Shown piece after piece: positions 19,301-30,300 of a DNA stretch of 64,000 nucleotides (positions within the stretch are counted from its first letter, which is position 1; every line of letters begins with the position of its first letter). The notes under the pieces were generated by a model. It did no database searches and had not been told where the DNA came from. It was given only the letters and a program-made list of their open reading frames with translations. The DNA lies in the sequence record NZ_CP028351.1. One strand, written 5' to 3'. A program made the translations under genes and the position numbers. This DNA comes from a plasmid.

Positions 19301-19659
19301 GCAAACATCAGTCGGATGTTTATCAGGATAAATGCCGCCTGACATCTGATGATAATCAGGCCCGGTAAATAGCAACAGGCGGCCTCGCTAATCCTGTTCC
19401 AGCATTAGCCCGGGACTTTACAGCAGGATGAGGATAAGCAGAACGGCAGAGAGAGATGAACGTTTTTTTAGCGAAGCGGTTTTACATTTCAGAGAGTTAC
19501 ATGATATTTCTTTTGACAGGCTGCGCCATAAGCTGTTCTACACTTACACTTTCAGTCACGCCGTTTGACTGAAAAAGCAGCATCACGAAGAAGGTGGTGA
19601 CGGCAATGCATCACGCAGTCGCCACCCTCAAAACTGATCATGCCTGTGAGGTAAACACT

Positions 19660-20793
19660 ATGAAAGCAGTTGTCTATAACGGACCTTTTGACGTTTCAGT
19701 CAAAGATGTCCCGGATCCGAAAATCGTTCGTCCCACCGATGTGATTGTCCGTATTACCACCACCAATATCTGCGGTTCTGACTTACATATGTACGAAGGG
19801 CGAACCAGCTTTGAGCAGGGTCGCATCTTCGGCCATGAGAATCTGGGCCAGGTTGTTGAAATTGGTAGCGGTGTAGATCGGATTAAAGTCGGTGATTATG
19901 TCTGCCTGCCCTTTAATGTCGGCTGCGGCTTCTGTGAAAACTGCGAGAAGGGGTTAACCGGTTACTGTCTTACGGCAAATCCGGGTACGGCCGGTGCCGC
20001 CTATGGCTTTGCGGAGATGGGCGAATGGGAGGGTGGACAGGCGGAGTTACTTCGTGTTCCTTTTGCTGACTTTAACTGCCTGGTACTGCCGCCGGATGCG
20101 GCAGAAAAGGAGGAAGACTACGTTATGCTGTCCGACATCTTCCCCACCGGCTGGCATGCCACTGAGCTGGCAGGCTTGCGCCCTGGCGAGAGTGTTGCCA
20201 TTTACGGCGCTGGCCCGGTCGGCTTAATGGCGGCGCACTCGGCCATGATTAAAGGCGCATCACAGGTCTTTGTGGTCGATACCCATCCGGACAGACTGGC
20301 GTTAGCCGAACAGCTTGGCGCTGTGGCAATTAATGGCGTGGGCGATGAGGCGGTCAATAAAATCCTCGAACTCACCGATGGACGCGGCACGGATTGCGGT
20401 TGCGAATGCGTGGGTTATCAGTGCTGCAATAAACATGGACACGAAGATAACTCCGCCACGCTGAACAGCCTTGTTGCATCAACTAAAGCCACGGGCGGTA
20501 TTGGTACGGTAGGCGTTTTTGTTCCTCAGGATCCGGGCGGGGCAACCGAACTGGCTAAAGAGGGCAAAGTGCCGTTCGATTTTGGTACGTTCTGGTTTAA
20601 AGGTCAGTCAATGAAGACCGGCCAGTGTAACGTGAAAGCCTACAACCGCCAGCTCGCAAGGCTTATCCATCAGGGCAGAGCCAATCCGTCGCAGATTATC
20701 TCGCATCGTCTTGCACTGACAGACGCTCCCGAAGGCTATAAGCATTTTGACAACCGGGATAATGGCTGGACAAAGGTTATCCTGAAACCCTGA
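19660..20793 (+). CDS. glutathione-independent formaldehyde dehydrogenase (zinc-dependent MDR)
   Basis: Colinear with P. putida FdhA (TTNICGSDLHMYEGRT, GHExxGxVVEIG, PFNVGCGxCxxC, GGQAE). ATG 19660 has a GAGG RBS. Confidence 0.85.
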   Translation: MKAVVYNGPFDVSVKDVPDPKIVRPTDVIVRITTTNICGSDLHMYEGRTSFEQGRIFGHENLGQVVEIGSGVDRIKVGDYVCLPFNVGCGFCENCEKGLTGYCLTANPGTAGAAYGFAEMGEWEGGQAELLRVPFADFNCLVLPPDAAEKEEDYVMLSDIFPTGWHATELAGLRPGESVAIYGAGPVGLMAAHSAMIKGASQVFVVDTHPDRLALAEQLGAVAINGVGDEAVNKILELTDGRGTDCGCECVGYQCCNKHGHEDNSATLNSLVASTKATGGIGTVGVFVPQDPGGATELAKEGKVPFDFGTFWFKGQSMKTGQCNVKAYNRQLARLIHQGRANPSQIISHRLALTDAPEGYKHFDNRDNGWTKVILKP

Positions 20794-21184
20794 GTCGTGA
20801 GGCATTGCGTATAAGCCACATTCAGGCGGAGATGAGAAGGAGAACTAAAAGCCTGTCTGTGGTTTGAAGCTTTATATCGCGTGTCATGACCTTGCCGAAG
20901 CTACCGGGTGTCGCGCACGTCATACTCAGCAGCTTTTTCTTAACTGAATTGGCGCTTTCCATTCCGGATAAACCGGCTTCTGTCAGTACGCCATGACTGG
21001 TTAACAGGTCTTATTACTCCAGCAACATCCCGGTCTTAATGGCGGTTTTCGCGGAGACGATGACGCTTTCCCATCGGGAATTCTGTCTGCCGGGTGTTGT
21101 GGGGTAAACTGACGGGGGTCGATAACTAAACCGCTTTCTGCTATATCTGTTGTGTTTCCAGGAGCATTTTAAGGACGAAAGGCA

Positions 21185-21499
21185 ATGAGAGTAAGTGAAG
21201 AAGCCCTGCTGCGCTCGGGCTTCAGCCCCGCAGACCTACGAAAAGTTAATAATAACCTTGCCAGCTATGGCGGCACCCTGGGAGATGCCATTCAGGATCT
21301 GTCCAGACGCTTCAGAATAGCGCTGACCGTGGTGCTGTGCTGTCTCGCTGTATTTATTTTTCTACTATTTGTTGGCTCCAGCGAAACGGTTTTTTCCGGG
21401 GGGATTGCGCTTCTCTGCGGTTGTGCGGTTGCCATTTTTGTTCAACCGCCAGTGTTGTCTTATAAGTCCTGGCGATACCAGAGAGCAAACAGAGATTAA
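21185..21499 (+). CDS. small two-TM membrane protein, hypothetical
   Basis: 104 aa. A soluble N-terminal 45 aa is followed by two hydrophobic helices. RBS AAGGACGAAAGG. Convergent with the DUF4225 gene. Confidence 0.45.
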   Translation: MRVSEEALLRSGFSPADLRKVNNNLASYGGTLGDAIQDLSRRFRIALTVVLCCLAVFIFLLFVGSSETVFSGGIALLCGCAVAIFVQPPVLSYKSWRYQRANRD

Positions 21500-21507
21500 C
21501 GGCTACG

Positions 21508-22314
21508 TTAGTCGGTCGTGAGAAGGTCAAAAATCACTTTCGCTTTGACGCCATAATCCACGATTTTCATCGTTAATTTTGGTCTGCTCATGGTGTCAAC
21601 TTTCCGGTAGTAGTCACGGGGAAGCCACCGGAACAGACGCCACGCGCCGGGTTTTCTTGCCAGACCAAAAACACTGTAAACGCTGGCGCTCAGTGTTGCC
21701 GCATTGTAGAACGCCAGTCCTGTGTTCGGGCTGAATCCCATGAACTGCGCAGCTTCCATTGCCCCGTCTGCAAAAATTCCTTCAGAGTGTGACTCTGTGC
21801 CGTAACGGAGATGACTGACTTCCTTCGATATGCCATTTACGCCGTCAATGAACAGTGTGGCACCGGCCAGCATACCGATGGGAGTCATGGAAGAGATCAT
21901 GATCATCCCGCCGAACATGGCAACCCCGGACAAAACGATATGTACGGCAGAGATGACATACCCTACAATTTTGTTATTTTCTCGGATAAAATCCACTTTA
22001 GCGATGAGCTTTGCGGTCTGCATCCGTAGCAAGCGATCCTGCTCACGAAGGTTCTCAGTCTCTTCCCGAAGTTTTTTTATACAAGCTATACAGTCTTCAT
22101 CGGTCCTGGCCTGACGTGCTGCGGCAAATTGTTTCTCTACAACGTCCCTGATTTCCTGAACAAACTGAAGCCGGGTGAGGCTGTCGCGCAGATGAAAGCC
22201 TGAAATCACGTTAGCGGCTTCTATCAGCTTTCTCGCTTCCATATTGACCATCGTTTCGGCCCATGCCCGGTTACGGCCACCTGAACGCATCATTGAAAGT
22301 AACGCAGCATCCAT
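21508..22314 (-). CDS. DUF4225 domain protein
   Basis: A coiled-coil N-terminus is followed by hydrophobic segments and a GLA motif (NTGLAFYN). ATG 22314 (MDAALLSMM, GGGAGAG RBS) is preferred. The upstream track extension looks like read-through. Confidence 0.6.
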   Translation of the reverse strand: MDAALLSMMRSGGRNRAWAETMVNMEARKLIEAANVISGFHLRDSLTRLQFVQEIRDVVEKQFAAARQARTDEDCIACIKKLREETENLREQDRLLRMQTAKLIAKVDFIRENNKIVGYVISAVHIVLSGVAMFGGMIMISSMTPIGMLAGATLFIDGVNGISKEVSHLRYGTESHSEGIFADGAMEAAQFMGFSPNTGLAFYNAATLSASVYSVFGLARKPGAWRLFRWLPRDYYRKVDTMSRPKLTMKIVDYGVKAKVIFDLLTTD

Positions 22315-22660
22315 TTTTACTCTCCCTGTTGATTTTACCGTTCCAGAGGTAATAAACCATTCTCTTCGTGTGTAAACCATACACCAGGGAGGGAAGGAGC
22401 AGACGTTATAATGGGATATATCCAGATGCTGTTTAGCTGAGAATTGAGAAAAATAGTCCACCTTTGATGTATCTAATTGATATTTAACATAATTAGTATT
22501 GTGCGCCATACCTCCAGGCTTAAGTTATATTTGGTTTTGCCAATCTACCTTCAACCTATCGCTGCCCCCAAATCTTGAGTAAACCTCTTCAGTGTCCTAC
22601 CTTCAGATAGCGTCTGACAAAGCCTCACAATCACACCCAATACATCAGCCGGAGGCCCCC

Positions 22661-23362
22661 ATGACCCGCATTCATAACCCCGAACCCTGTAGCGGCACCC
22701 TGTTTTTCGATGTCAATGAAACCCTTCTGGACACCACCGAACTCAATCAGGTTGTTGCTCAGCGCCTCGGCAACCGGCCGGAGCGCGCCGAGGCCTGGTT
22801 TACCTCGCTGTTGCATCATTCACTGGTCGAGTCAGTGACGGGCAGCTGGCACAGCTTTGGTGATATTGCCGAAGCGGTACTGAAGATGACCGCTGCGCGT
22901 TACGGCGTCACTCTGCCAGCTGACGCGACGCCGCTGGCTGACATTATTGCAGCGATGCCCGCCCATCCGGACGTTGCCGCAGGACTGACTGCCCTGAAGC
23001 AGCAGGGATTTACGCTGGTTGCGCTGACCAACTCCTCAGCCGCGCTGGCAGAAAAACAGCTCAGTTCAGCCGGGCTGGCACCGCTGTTCACCCGCATCCT
23101 TAGCGTGGAACAGGTGCAGGTCTATAAGCCCGATCTCAGAGTCTATCAGTGGGCAATGAAAGAGATGGGCAAGCCCGCCGCAATGTGCATGATGGTAGCG
23201 GCGCATGGCTGGGATGTGGGCGGCGCAAAACGTTCAGGGATGAAAACCGCTTTTGTCAGCCGTCAGGGACAGGTACCTTATCCGCTGGCACCTGCACCCG
23301 ATTTGATTGTCAGCGATATCCAGGCGCTGGCCGCACAGCTCAAACCGCTCTGCGGAGCATAG
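22661..23362 (+). CDS. HAD-superfamily hydrolase, type II haloacid dehalogenase-like
   Basis: Motif I LFFDVNETLLD (Asp nucleophile, second position not Asp, as in L-2-haloacid dehalogenases). Motif II LTNSS, and K/D motifs near the C-terminus. ATG 22661 has a GGAGG RBS. Confidence 0.75.
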   Translation: MTRIHNPEPCSGTLFFDVNETLLDTTELNQVVAQRLGNRPERAEAWFTSLLHHSLVESVTGSWHSFGDIAEAVLKMTAARYGVTLPADATPLADIIAAMPAHPDVAAGLTALKQQGFTLVALTNSSAALAEKQLSSAGLAPLFTRILSVEQVQVYKPDLRVYQWAMKEMGKPAAMCMMVAAHGWDVGGAKRSGMKTAFVSRQGQVPYPLAPAPDLIVSDIQALAAQLKPLCGA

Positions 23363-23393
23363 TGCACAGGGATTCCCGGTGAAACCCAGGCAG

Positions 23394-24923
23394 TCAGTCT
23401 GCCTGAGACTCAAACGCCGATCTGACCGCTTCCACGATACGCCCGGACAGCGTCGCATCGTCCAGCAACGGGAACGTTTTTTTAAGCTTGCCGGAGATTT
23501 GCCAGCCATTTTCCTTCAGCGAACGAATAATGCGACTCGCGTCCTGATCGGGCATTTCAATGACTTCCTTCAGGCGCTGCTGTGCATGCTGAAATATCAC
23601 CAGTACGCGCGCTTCATCAGCCATCTCTTTTCGGACGGTGTGCTCTATAACTTTGCAGGTATAGAGCACATGCTCGGTTAAGTCGGGATAGCGCCAGGCG
23701 AAACGGGCATCCTCATAGTCGCTGAAACTGAAGTTGCTCAGCGTGCCATCTTCATAGGTTTTGAGCTCACTAAATCGATAGCAGCCTGCATAGCGCCGCA
23801 TCAGCCGTTTCGAGAACACGTCCAGCGTGCGGTCGTAGCCGACCCGAAAATCCATCGAGCTGGTGATGGTGGCTGAGACCGGCAGGATGACTCCATCCGG
23901 TATCGCCCCGTCACGAATCAGCGTGTCATTGATTAAAAACCGGTGGATGCGACCATTGCCATCACGCATCGGATGGATATAGACGAAGCCAAACGCAATA
24001 ACCGCGGCACGGGCCAGTGGCGCAGCGCCCTGTGTCGCCAGGTCAAAGGCTTTCAGGCCCTGCATGAAGCGAGGAACATCATCATAGTGTGGCGCAATAT
24101 AGTGGACGATATCTTCACGCATTGTCGACTGCCCGACAAACACGGGTGAGCGGCGCAGGCCCAGTCCCAGTGCGTCCTGGCCAAGAATGCCCTGCTGTAT
24201 GGTATGCAGGCTGCTATCACTGAGCGGATCGTCAAGCTGTCCGCAATACTGCGCAATAACGTGAGCAAAACGCTGAATGCGGTCGCCCTGATCCGACTCT
24301 TTCTCAATCAGAAAACTGGCGCGCGACTCTTTAAATGTCAGCCAGCTGGCAGTGCGCATCAGAATGTCTGCACCAAAGGCGTTATCCAGATCGTTTAAGG
24401 CATCATGGAGATCGAACGTAAGCGCCTGCTCAACGGCCGCGGTTCTGCGCACCAGAGGGCAGAAATCCACCGATCCCGGCAGGTTATCATTGATGCGCCA
24501 GCGTCTGACGCGCTTTACTGTTGTTCGGGTCAGACAGGCTTTGGATGAAATGGCCTCAATATAGCCTCCATTGGTGACATCCGGTACCTGCAGCGTGTTG
24601 CCGGTCAGCCATTCATAGAAAAAGCCCGCCCGCCGCGCATACTGTCCGAACGGCTCCTGACGGCACCACGCCTCCAGCGGTTCCGGGCCGACAGCGGTAA
24701 ACAGGCGGGCAAAAAACTCCAGGTGAATCTCTTCATACTTAAGACCAAAGGCAAAGTGACCGGCAAAATCATCTTCCGGTTGATAGCCAGGTGGATAATG
24801 ATTTTCCACCTGCCCCTGACTCTCATGATGAGAGCGTACCGTTCCGATAGCTGACTTAACGCGTAATGGCTGCGCCAGTTTGATAGCATAACGTTCGCGC
24901 AGTGCGCTGAAGCCGACCAGCAT
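23394..24923 (-). CDS. Fic/DOC-family protein (long N-terminal extension)
   Basis: The Fic active-site motif IHPMRDGNGRIHRF (HxFx[D/E]GNGRxxR) lies at ~aa 300 of 509. Confidence 0.8.
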   Translation of the reverse strand: MLVGFSALRERYAIKLAQPLRVKSAIGTVRSHHESQGQVENHYPPGYQPEDDFAGHFAFGLKYEEIHLEFFARLFTAVGPEPLEAWCRQEPFGQYARRAGFFYEWLTGNTLQVPDVTNGGYIEAISSKACLTRTTVKRVRRWRINDNLPGSVDFCPLVRRTAAVEQALTFDLHDALNDLDNAFGADILMRTASWLTFKESRASFLIEKESDQGDRIQRFAHVIAQYCGQLDDPLSDSSLHTIQQGILGQDALGLGLRRSPVFVGQSTMREDIVHYIAPHYDDVPRFMQGLKAFDLATQGAAPLARAAVIAFGFVYIHPMRDGNGRIHRFLINDTLIRDGAIPDGVILPVSATITSSMDFRVGYDRTLDVFSKRLMRRYAGCYRFSELKTYEDGTLSNFSFSDYEDARFAWRYPDLTEHVLYTCKVIEHTVRKEMADEARVLVIFQHAQQRLKEVIEMPDQDASRIIRSLKENGWQISGKLKKTFPLLDDATLSGRIVEAVRSAFESQAD

Positions 24924-25069
24924 AGTGAACCCTTTATCCGTTGCCCAAAAACGATAACAATAAGGATTTTTAACACTAAAACGCTAATATGCCTATTGTG
25001 TCAGCATTAATTTCTATCCGAAAAGGGTAATAAAAAGGATTTATGATGCGGAAACGTTAATTTATTTGT

Positions 25070-25435
25070 TCAGGGCTTAACCACAATGCATAGCAGCCCG
25101 ATAACAATAATCGCTACGCCTGCCAGACTATGCCAGCTGAACGCCTCATGAAATACCGGCACGCAGACCGCCACCAGCCAGACCAGCAAGTAACTCAGGC
25201 TGAGCAGCGGATAGACCCGATTCAGCGGAAAATAGTGCAACGCGCGAATCCAGCAAAGCATTGAGACACCATACGCGCCCAGCCCGGCCACCAACAGCAA
25301 GGCGGGCAGTATGGCAACAGCTGGCAGAGACATGATGCTGCTGGCATCGGGCAGCCGCGGCATCGCCCAGCGCATCATTAATTGTGCCACTGAAACCAGC
25401 AGCACGCTGCACGCGACCCATCCGTATCCTTTCAT
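25070..25435 (-). CDS. arnF: Ara4N-undecaprenyl phosphate flippase subunit
   Basis: 121-aa four-TM SMR-like protein, last gene of the arn operon. Overlaps arnE. Confidence 0.8.
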   Translation of the reverse strand: MKGYGWVACSVLLVSVAQLMMRWAMPRLPDASSIMSLPAVAILPALLLVAGLGAYGVSMLCWIRALHYFPLNRVYPLLSLSYLLVWLVAVCVPVFHEAFSWHSLAGVAIIVIGLLCIVVKP

Positions 25436-25752
25436 AGCTGACTCGCCATCAGCGCCACACCCGTCACCACCAGCAGCGTGCCGGCGATCTGACGCAGCGT
25501 CAGCCTTTCACGCCACAGGATGCGTCCGGCCAGCGCAACGAAGATGAAGTTCAGGCTCAGCATCGGATAGGCCTGGCTGACAGGCACCCGCTGCAGCACC
25601 AGCAGCCAGAGGAGCATCGCAACGCCTAACAGCAGCACGCTCAACCCAATCCAGCTCAGGCGAATCCGGCGCGATGCCGCATGAGTCGCCTGTTTCTGGC
25701 ACAGCTGCGCACTGCAACTGAGCAGACTCACCAGCACAATCAGCAGCAGCAT
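25432..25752 (-). CDS. arnE: Ara4N-undecaprenyl phosphate flippase subunit
   Basis: 106 aa. N-terminal block SLLSCSAQLCQK as in E. coli ArnE. Confidence 0.8.
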   Translation of the reverse strand: MLLLIVLVSLLSCSAQLCQKQATHAASRRIRLSWIGLSVLLLGVAMLLWLLVLQRVPVSQAYPMLSLNFIFVALAGRILWRERLTLRQIAGTLLVVTGVALMASQL

Positions 25753-27419
25753 TACTTCATCTGACCGTAGTAGAGGCAGACCAGCCTGCCCTGACGATAG
25801 ACCGCATCAGGCACCGGCACATCCTCCCCGATATCGCTGTGAACCGAGTCGACCAGCAACAGCAGCGACACGCTTCCGGTACGGCGATGATCGGCAAGCC
25901 AGCCGCCGAAGTCCGTCTGAGAGACAAAGCGGGACTGCGCATCCGGGTAGCTCAGCCCATATTCCAGCTCGCCTTTGGTGTCGTAGAAGCCAATATCGCT
26001 GCGCTGCAGATGCCAGGCGACGGCAGAAGCCACGCCGGGATTGTCCGCCAGGATAAAGCGGCTGGAGGCCAGACGTGCGCTGATCGTGGCAACAAAGTGC
26101 TGCGGCTGTTTAGCGTCGCGGATTTTGTCCGGGATCGCAGCGCCAATAAGCAGTGCGACGCCCAGCGGGCAAAGCGCGGCCGCCAGCCAGCGGCGCTGTG
26201 AAGATCGGCAGCTGTATGCGCCCACCAGCCCCCAAATAAGAAATGCCAGCGCGCCCAGTACCAGCTTCAGCATCTCGTGTGTGGCGAACAGCGGATGATG
26301 CGTCACGCTCCAGGGCGCCAGCACCAGCAGCACCGTTGCCAGGGTGAGAATGCCGAAAATCAGGTTAAGCCAGCCATTAACGGTTAATGCGCGTCCTGCC
26401 CGCTGCGCGGCGTTCAGCCCATAGTGCGCCATCAGCAGCGACAGCGGCACAAAACAGGGCAGGATATAAGTCGGCAGCTTGCCCTTTGCCAGGCTGAAAA
26501 ACAGCAGTGGCATAACCGTCCAGCTCAGCAGATAAAGCGCGCCCGGATGCTGCTGACGCTCGCGCCAGCCGGTCATTAACGCGCCCGGTAACAGCGCCAG
26601 CCACGGCAGTGTGCCCAGCAGCAGAACCGGCAGGTAATACCAGAAAGGCGCCTTGTGCTGTGCATTCTCTTCAGCAAAGCGCTGGATATGCTCAACCCAG
26701 AAGAAGTAGTGCCAGAAATCGGGAGCCTGATGATAGATCGCCAGCGCCCAGGGCACGCTGATCGCTGCGGCTGAAAGTACCGCCAGCGGCCCGAAGCAGA
26801 GCAGCTCCGGAAGTCTCTTGCGCCAGATCGCCCACGGCAGAATCGCCAGCACCGGAACCGCCAGTGCCAGAAAGCCTTTGGTCATAAATCCCATGCCGCA
26901 GGCGAGACCCAGCAGCAGATAACCGCCCACACGGCCAGTTCGTCCGGTAGCCTCTGTTGCCAGCCAGAAGCTGCACATCGCCGCCGCCAGCCAGAGCATC
27001 AGCATAGGATCGAGCACCGCATAGGTACCCACGCCATAGACCAGCAGCGAACTGAGGAAAATCAGGGTGCCGACCGCGGCGGTGCGCGCCGAACCAAACA
27101 GCCGGCGGCCAAGCCAGAAGATCAGCGCAGCGGTGATCGCCGTGGAGAATATCGAACCCGCCCGCACGCCAAAATTGTTGTGGCCAAACAGCCACTGACC
27201 CAGCGAGTTAATCCAGTAACCCGCAACTGGTTTTTCAAAATAGCGCAGGCCAAAGAAGTGCGGTGTAATCCAGTTACCGGTCGCCAGCATCTCCCGGCTG
27301 ATCTCCGCATAGCGGGTCTCATCCGGTTGCCAGAGATCGCGGAACACTGGTGGAATAAGGTAATAGAGAATAAAGAAGCTGAAAAAAAGCACCCACATCG
27401 TGTTGTTACGTATCCGCAC
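25752..27419 (-). CDS. arnT: undecaprenyl phosphate-alpha-4-amino-4-deoxy-L-arabinose arabinosyl transferase
   Basis: 555-aa polytopic membrane protein. N-terminal DLWQPDETRYAEISREM matches the ArnT/PMT family. Confidence 0.9.
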   Translation of the reverse strand: MRIRNNTMWVLFFSFFILYYLIPPVFRDLWQPDETRYAEISREMLATGNWITPHFFGLRYFEKPVAGYWINSLGQWLFGHNNFGVRAGSIFSTAITAALIFWLGRRLFGSARTAAVGTLIFLSSLLVYGVGTYAVLDPMLMLWLAAAMCSFWLATEATGRTGRVGGYLLLGLACGMGFMTKGFLALAVPVLAILPWAIWRKRLPELLCFGPLAVLSAAAISVPWALAIYHQAPDFWHYFFWVEHIQRFAEENAQHKAPFWYYLPVLLLGTLPWLALLPGALMTGWRERQQHPGALYLLSWTVMPLLFFSLAKGKLPTYILPCFVPLSLLMAHYGLNAAQRAGRALTVNGWLNLIFGILTLATVLLVLAPWSVTHHPLFATHEMLKLVLGALAFLIWGLVGAYSCRSSQRRWLAAALCPLGVALLIGAAIPDKIRDAKQPQHFVATISARLASSRFILADNPGVASAVAWHLQRSDIGFYDTKGELEYGLSYPDAQSRFVSQTDFGGWLADHRRTGSVSLLLLVDSVHSDIGEDVPVPDAVYRQGRLVCLYYGQMK

Positions 27420-28324
27420 TAGTTCGCCTCTTCAGTCAGTTGCTGGCAACCCAGCCACCCTTCCCGTCCGGGGATTTCGCCTCTGACGACCCTGCCCACC
27501 GGTAACGTACTGAGATCGTCGGGCAGCAGCTCGCCTAATGGACAGAACTGGATGCCGTTACGTTCTGCAGCATCCAGCAGCCGGTCAAAGTCCGGGTAGC
27601 CGATGATCCCCTCGACTTCGGCATGTATGGTGTAAACCGCGCCCTCATCAGACGCGAGCATCTTCGCCAGAATGTAGTCGTTATACCCTTCTGCGCTGAC
27701 CTCGCGGCCAACCACTTCATCCCATGTGGGCAGCGTTACCGGGATCTGCACCGTGCCGATCTGCCCATCTGGCAGCAGGGGCCGGAACGGGCCGCTGCCG
27801 CGACAGTCGCTGTTGTAGTGAAAGCCGAAGTCCTGCTTGGCGGCGATCACCCGGCCATCGGCGCGCCAGCCTGCAACGGCCGAGCAGCTGACAGGGTGAC
27901 CGAGGATTTCACTCAGCGTTTCGGTGCCACGGGCTATCTGCTCAACCAGCTTATCCTGCGGCCAGACGCCTGCCCAGGTTTGCCAGGCAAAGTGGTCCCA
28001 GGCGTGCAGACCAACTTCATGCTGACGTGTGGCGTCCTGCATGATTTGCCGCAGGCCGCGTCCCATCAGCTTTCCCGGCCAGGCCGTGCCGGCGAGCAGA
28101 ATGTCCCAGCCATAGAGCGATGCGGCGCGTGAGCGCAGCATCTTCATGAGAAATGCCGGTTTCACCAGCCGCCAGAGATGGCGGCCCATGTTGTCCGGTC
28201 CCACGCTGAAGAAAAAGCTGCCCCGCACCGCATGACGCCGGAACAGCTCAAGCAGCGCCGGCACCCCCTGCTTCGTGCCGCGCCAGGTATCTACGTCAAT
28301 CCGCAGACCGATCTTCTTCATCAC
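27419..28324 (-). CDS. arnD: 4-deoxy-4-formamido-L-arabinose-phosphoundecaprenol deformylase
   Basis: [24 protein letters not shown] matches ArnD. Polysaccharide deacetylase fold. Confidence 0.9.
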   Translation of the reverse strand: MMKKIGLRIDVDTWRGTKQGVPALLELFRRHAVRGSFFFSVGPDNMGRHLWRLVKPAFLMKMLRSRAASLYGWDILLAGTAWPGKLMGRGLRQIMQDATRQHEVGLHAWDHFAWQTWAGVWPQDKLVEQIARGTETLSEILGHPVSCSAVAGWRADGRVIAAKQDFGFHYNSDCRGSGPFRPLLPDGQIGTVQIPVTLPTWDEVVGREVSAEGYNDYILAKMLASDEGAVYTIHAEVEGIIGYPDFDRLLDAAERNGIQFCPLGELLPDDLSTLPVGRVVRGEIPGREGWLGCQQLTEEAN

Positions 28325-30300
28325 TTATCAGCCTGTTGCTCGACGGTGCGCAGGAAGAAGTCGAGCGTGTTGTCGATAGTGACATCCATCGTGACGGTCG
28401 GCGTCCAGCCCAGCAAACGACGCGCATTGCGGATAGCGGGTTTGCGGTGCTCTACATCCTGATAGCCTTTGCCGTAGTAGCTGCTGCTCTCCACTTCACG
28501 GAAACCGGCAAACGGCGGGAACTGGCTGCGCAGCGGATGACGCTCAAAGCTTTCCAGCAGCTGCTCGGCCAGCTCTTTGATACTGGCTTCATTGTCCGGG
28601 TTACCGATATTGATGATCTGACCATCACAATTCTGCTGCTTGTTTTCGATGATGCGGAACAGCGCTTCCACGCCATCCTGAATATCGGTAAAGCAGCGCT
28701 TCTGTTTGCCGCCGTCGATCAGCTTAATCGGCGAACCTTCTACCAGGTTGAGGATCAGCTGAGTGATCGCACGGGAGCTGCCGATGCGTGCCGCATTGAG
28801 GTTATCCAGACGCGGTCCCATCCAGTTGAAGGGACGGAACAGGGTAAAACGCAGCCCCTCTTTTTCGCCATATGCCCAGATCACGCGGTCCAGCAGCTGT
28901 TTGGATACGGAGTAGATCCAGCGCTGTTTGTTAATCGGCCCGACCACCAGGTTTGAGAAATCCTCATCGAAGCTGGCATCGGTACACATGCCGTAGACCT
29001 CAGAGGTAGACGGGAAAATGATGCGCTTCTGATACTTCACGCAGTCGCGAATGATTTTCAGGTTCTCTTCGAAATCGAGTTCAAACACGCGCAGTGGGTT
29101 GCGGGTGTACTCAATCGGCGTCGCGATCGCCACCAGCGGCAGGATGACGTCACATTTTTTGATGTGATACTCAATCCATTCGGAGTGAATAGCGATATCC
29201 CCTTCAACGAAATGGAAGCGCGGATGTTCCAGGAAGCGGCTGATAGCGTCTGAACTGATATCCAGGCCATAGACTTCAAAATGTTCATCCTGTAGCAACC
29301 GCTCGGTGAGATGGTTACCGATAAAGCCGTTAACGCCGAGGATCAGCACGCGGGTGCGGCGTTGCAGCACCGACTGCGGCTTTGAATAGAGCAATGCGCC
29401 AGGCACCATGCCCAGGCTCTGCGCCAGCTGACTGCCGTTCATGTAAACGCCATGCTCAGACTGTCCGGTCTGGATTTCCAGTGCGCCTTCGCCGCAGGCG
29501 ATCAGGAACGGCTGTTTAGAGATGACCGTACCCGGTTTCGCCTGCTGCTGCTGCGGATGAACCCGGCTCTTCCAGACGATAAATTTAACCGAACCGGCAA
29601 AGGCGAATGCGCCAGGCCAGGGATCGGTGACCGCTCTGACCAGATTGTGAATCGTCGCAGCAGGCTGATTCCAGTCAATGCGGCCATCTTCGGCCGTGCG
29701 ACCGCCCACGCGGGTTGCCTGGCTCTCATCCTGTGGCCACTCACTGACCTCACCCTGACGCAGGCGAGGCAATACGTCGCTCAGCAACTGCTCTGCGGCC
29801 TGAATCAGCTTGCGATGCAGCGTCAGCGCATTGTCCTGATCGTCAATGGCCACTTTCTGCTGCGCCAGAATATTACCGGCATCAGCGCGCTTCACCATGC
29901 GATGCAGCGTGACGCCGGTTTCTCGCTCGCCATTGACCAGCGCCCAGTTCAGCGGTGCCCGGCCGCGGTATTTAGGCAGCAGGGAGCCATGCAGGTTAAA
30001 GGCCCCTTTCTGAGCGCATTGCAGGATCTCATCGCTCAGCAGATGGCGATAGTAGAAGGAGAAGATCATCTCTGGTGCCATGGTACGGATGCGGTCAAGC
30101 CAGATCGGATGATTCGCCTCGTCCGGTGCATAAACCGGAATACCGTGCTCTGCCGCCAGGCGGGCTACCGAGCCGAAAAAGTTATTTTCGGTCGCCACGT
30201 CGTTGTGCGTGAAAATGGCGGTGATCTCATAGCCTGCATTCAGCAGGGCATTGATGCCGACACAGCCCATGTCGTGATAGGCGAAAACAACGGTCTTCAT
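28321..30300 (-). CDS. arnA: bifunctional UDP-glucuronate decarboxylase / UDP-Ara4N formyltransferase
   Basis: [20 protein letters not shown] is identical in pattern to the E. coli ArnA N-terminus. 659 aa, with a formyltransferase domain followed by an NAD-dependent decarboxylase domain. Confidence 0.95.
   Translation of the reverse strand: MKTVVFAYHDMGCVGINALLNAGYEITAIFTHNDVATENNFFGSVARLAAEHGIPVYAPDEANHPIWLDRIRTMAPEMIFSFYYRHLLSDEILQCAQKGAFNLHGSLLPKYRGRAPLNWALVNGERETGVTLHRMVKRADAGNILAQQKVAIDDQDNALTLHRKLIQAAEQLLSDVLPRLRQGEVSEWPQDESQATRVGGRTAEDGRIDWNQPAATIHNLVRAVTDPWPGAFAFAGSVKFIVWKSRVHPQQQQAKPGTVISKQPFLIACGEGALEIQTGQSEHGVYMNGSQLAQSLGMVPGALLYSKPQSVLQRRTRVLILGVNGFIGNHLTERLLQDEHFEVYGLDISSDAISRFLEHPRFHFVEGDIAIHSEWIEYHIKKCDVILPLVAIATPIEYTRNPLRVFELDFEENLKIIRDCVKYQKRIIFPSTSEVYGMCTDASFDEDFSNLVVGPINKQRWIYSVSKQLLDRVIWAYGEKEGLRFTLFRPFNWMGPRLDNLNAARIGSSRAITQLILNLVEGSPIKLIDGGKQKRCFTDIQDGVEALFRIIENKQQNCDGQIINIGNPDNEASIKELAEQLLESFERHPLRSQFPPFAGFREVESSSYYGKGYQDVEHRKPAIRNARRLLGWTPTVTMDVTIDNTLDFFLRTVEQQADK

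Noticed and set aside
20794-21184. Possible gene remnant (…ESVIVSAKTAIKTGMLLE*) on the minus strand
   Set aside because: It is very short, no family is recognisable, and it could be chance.
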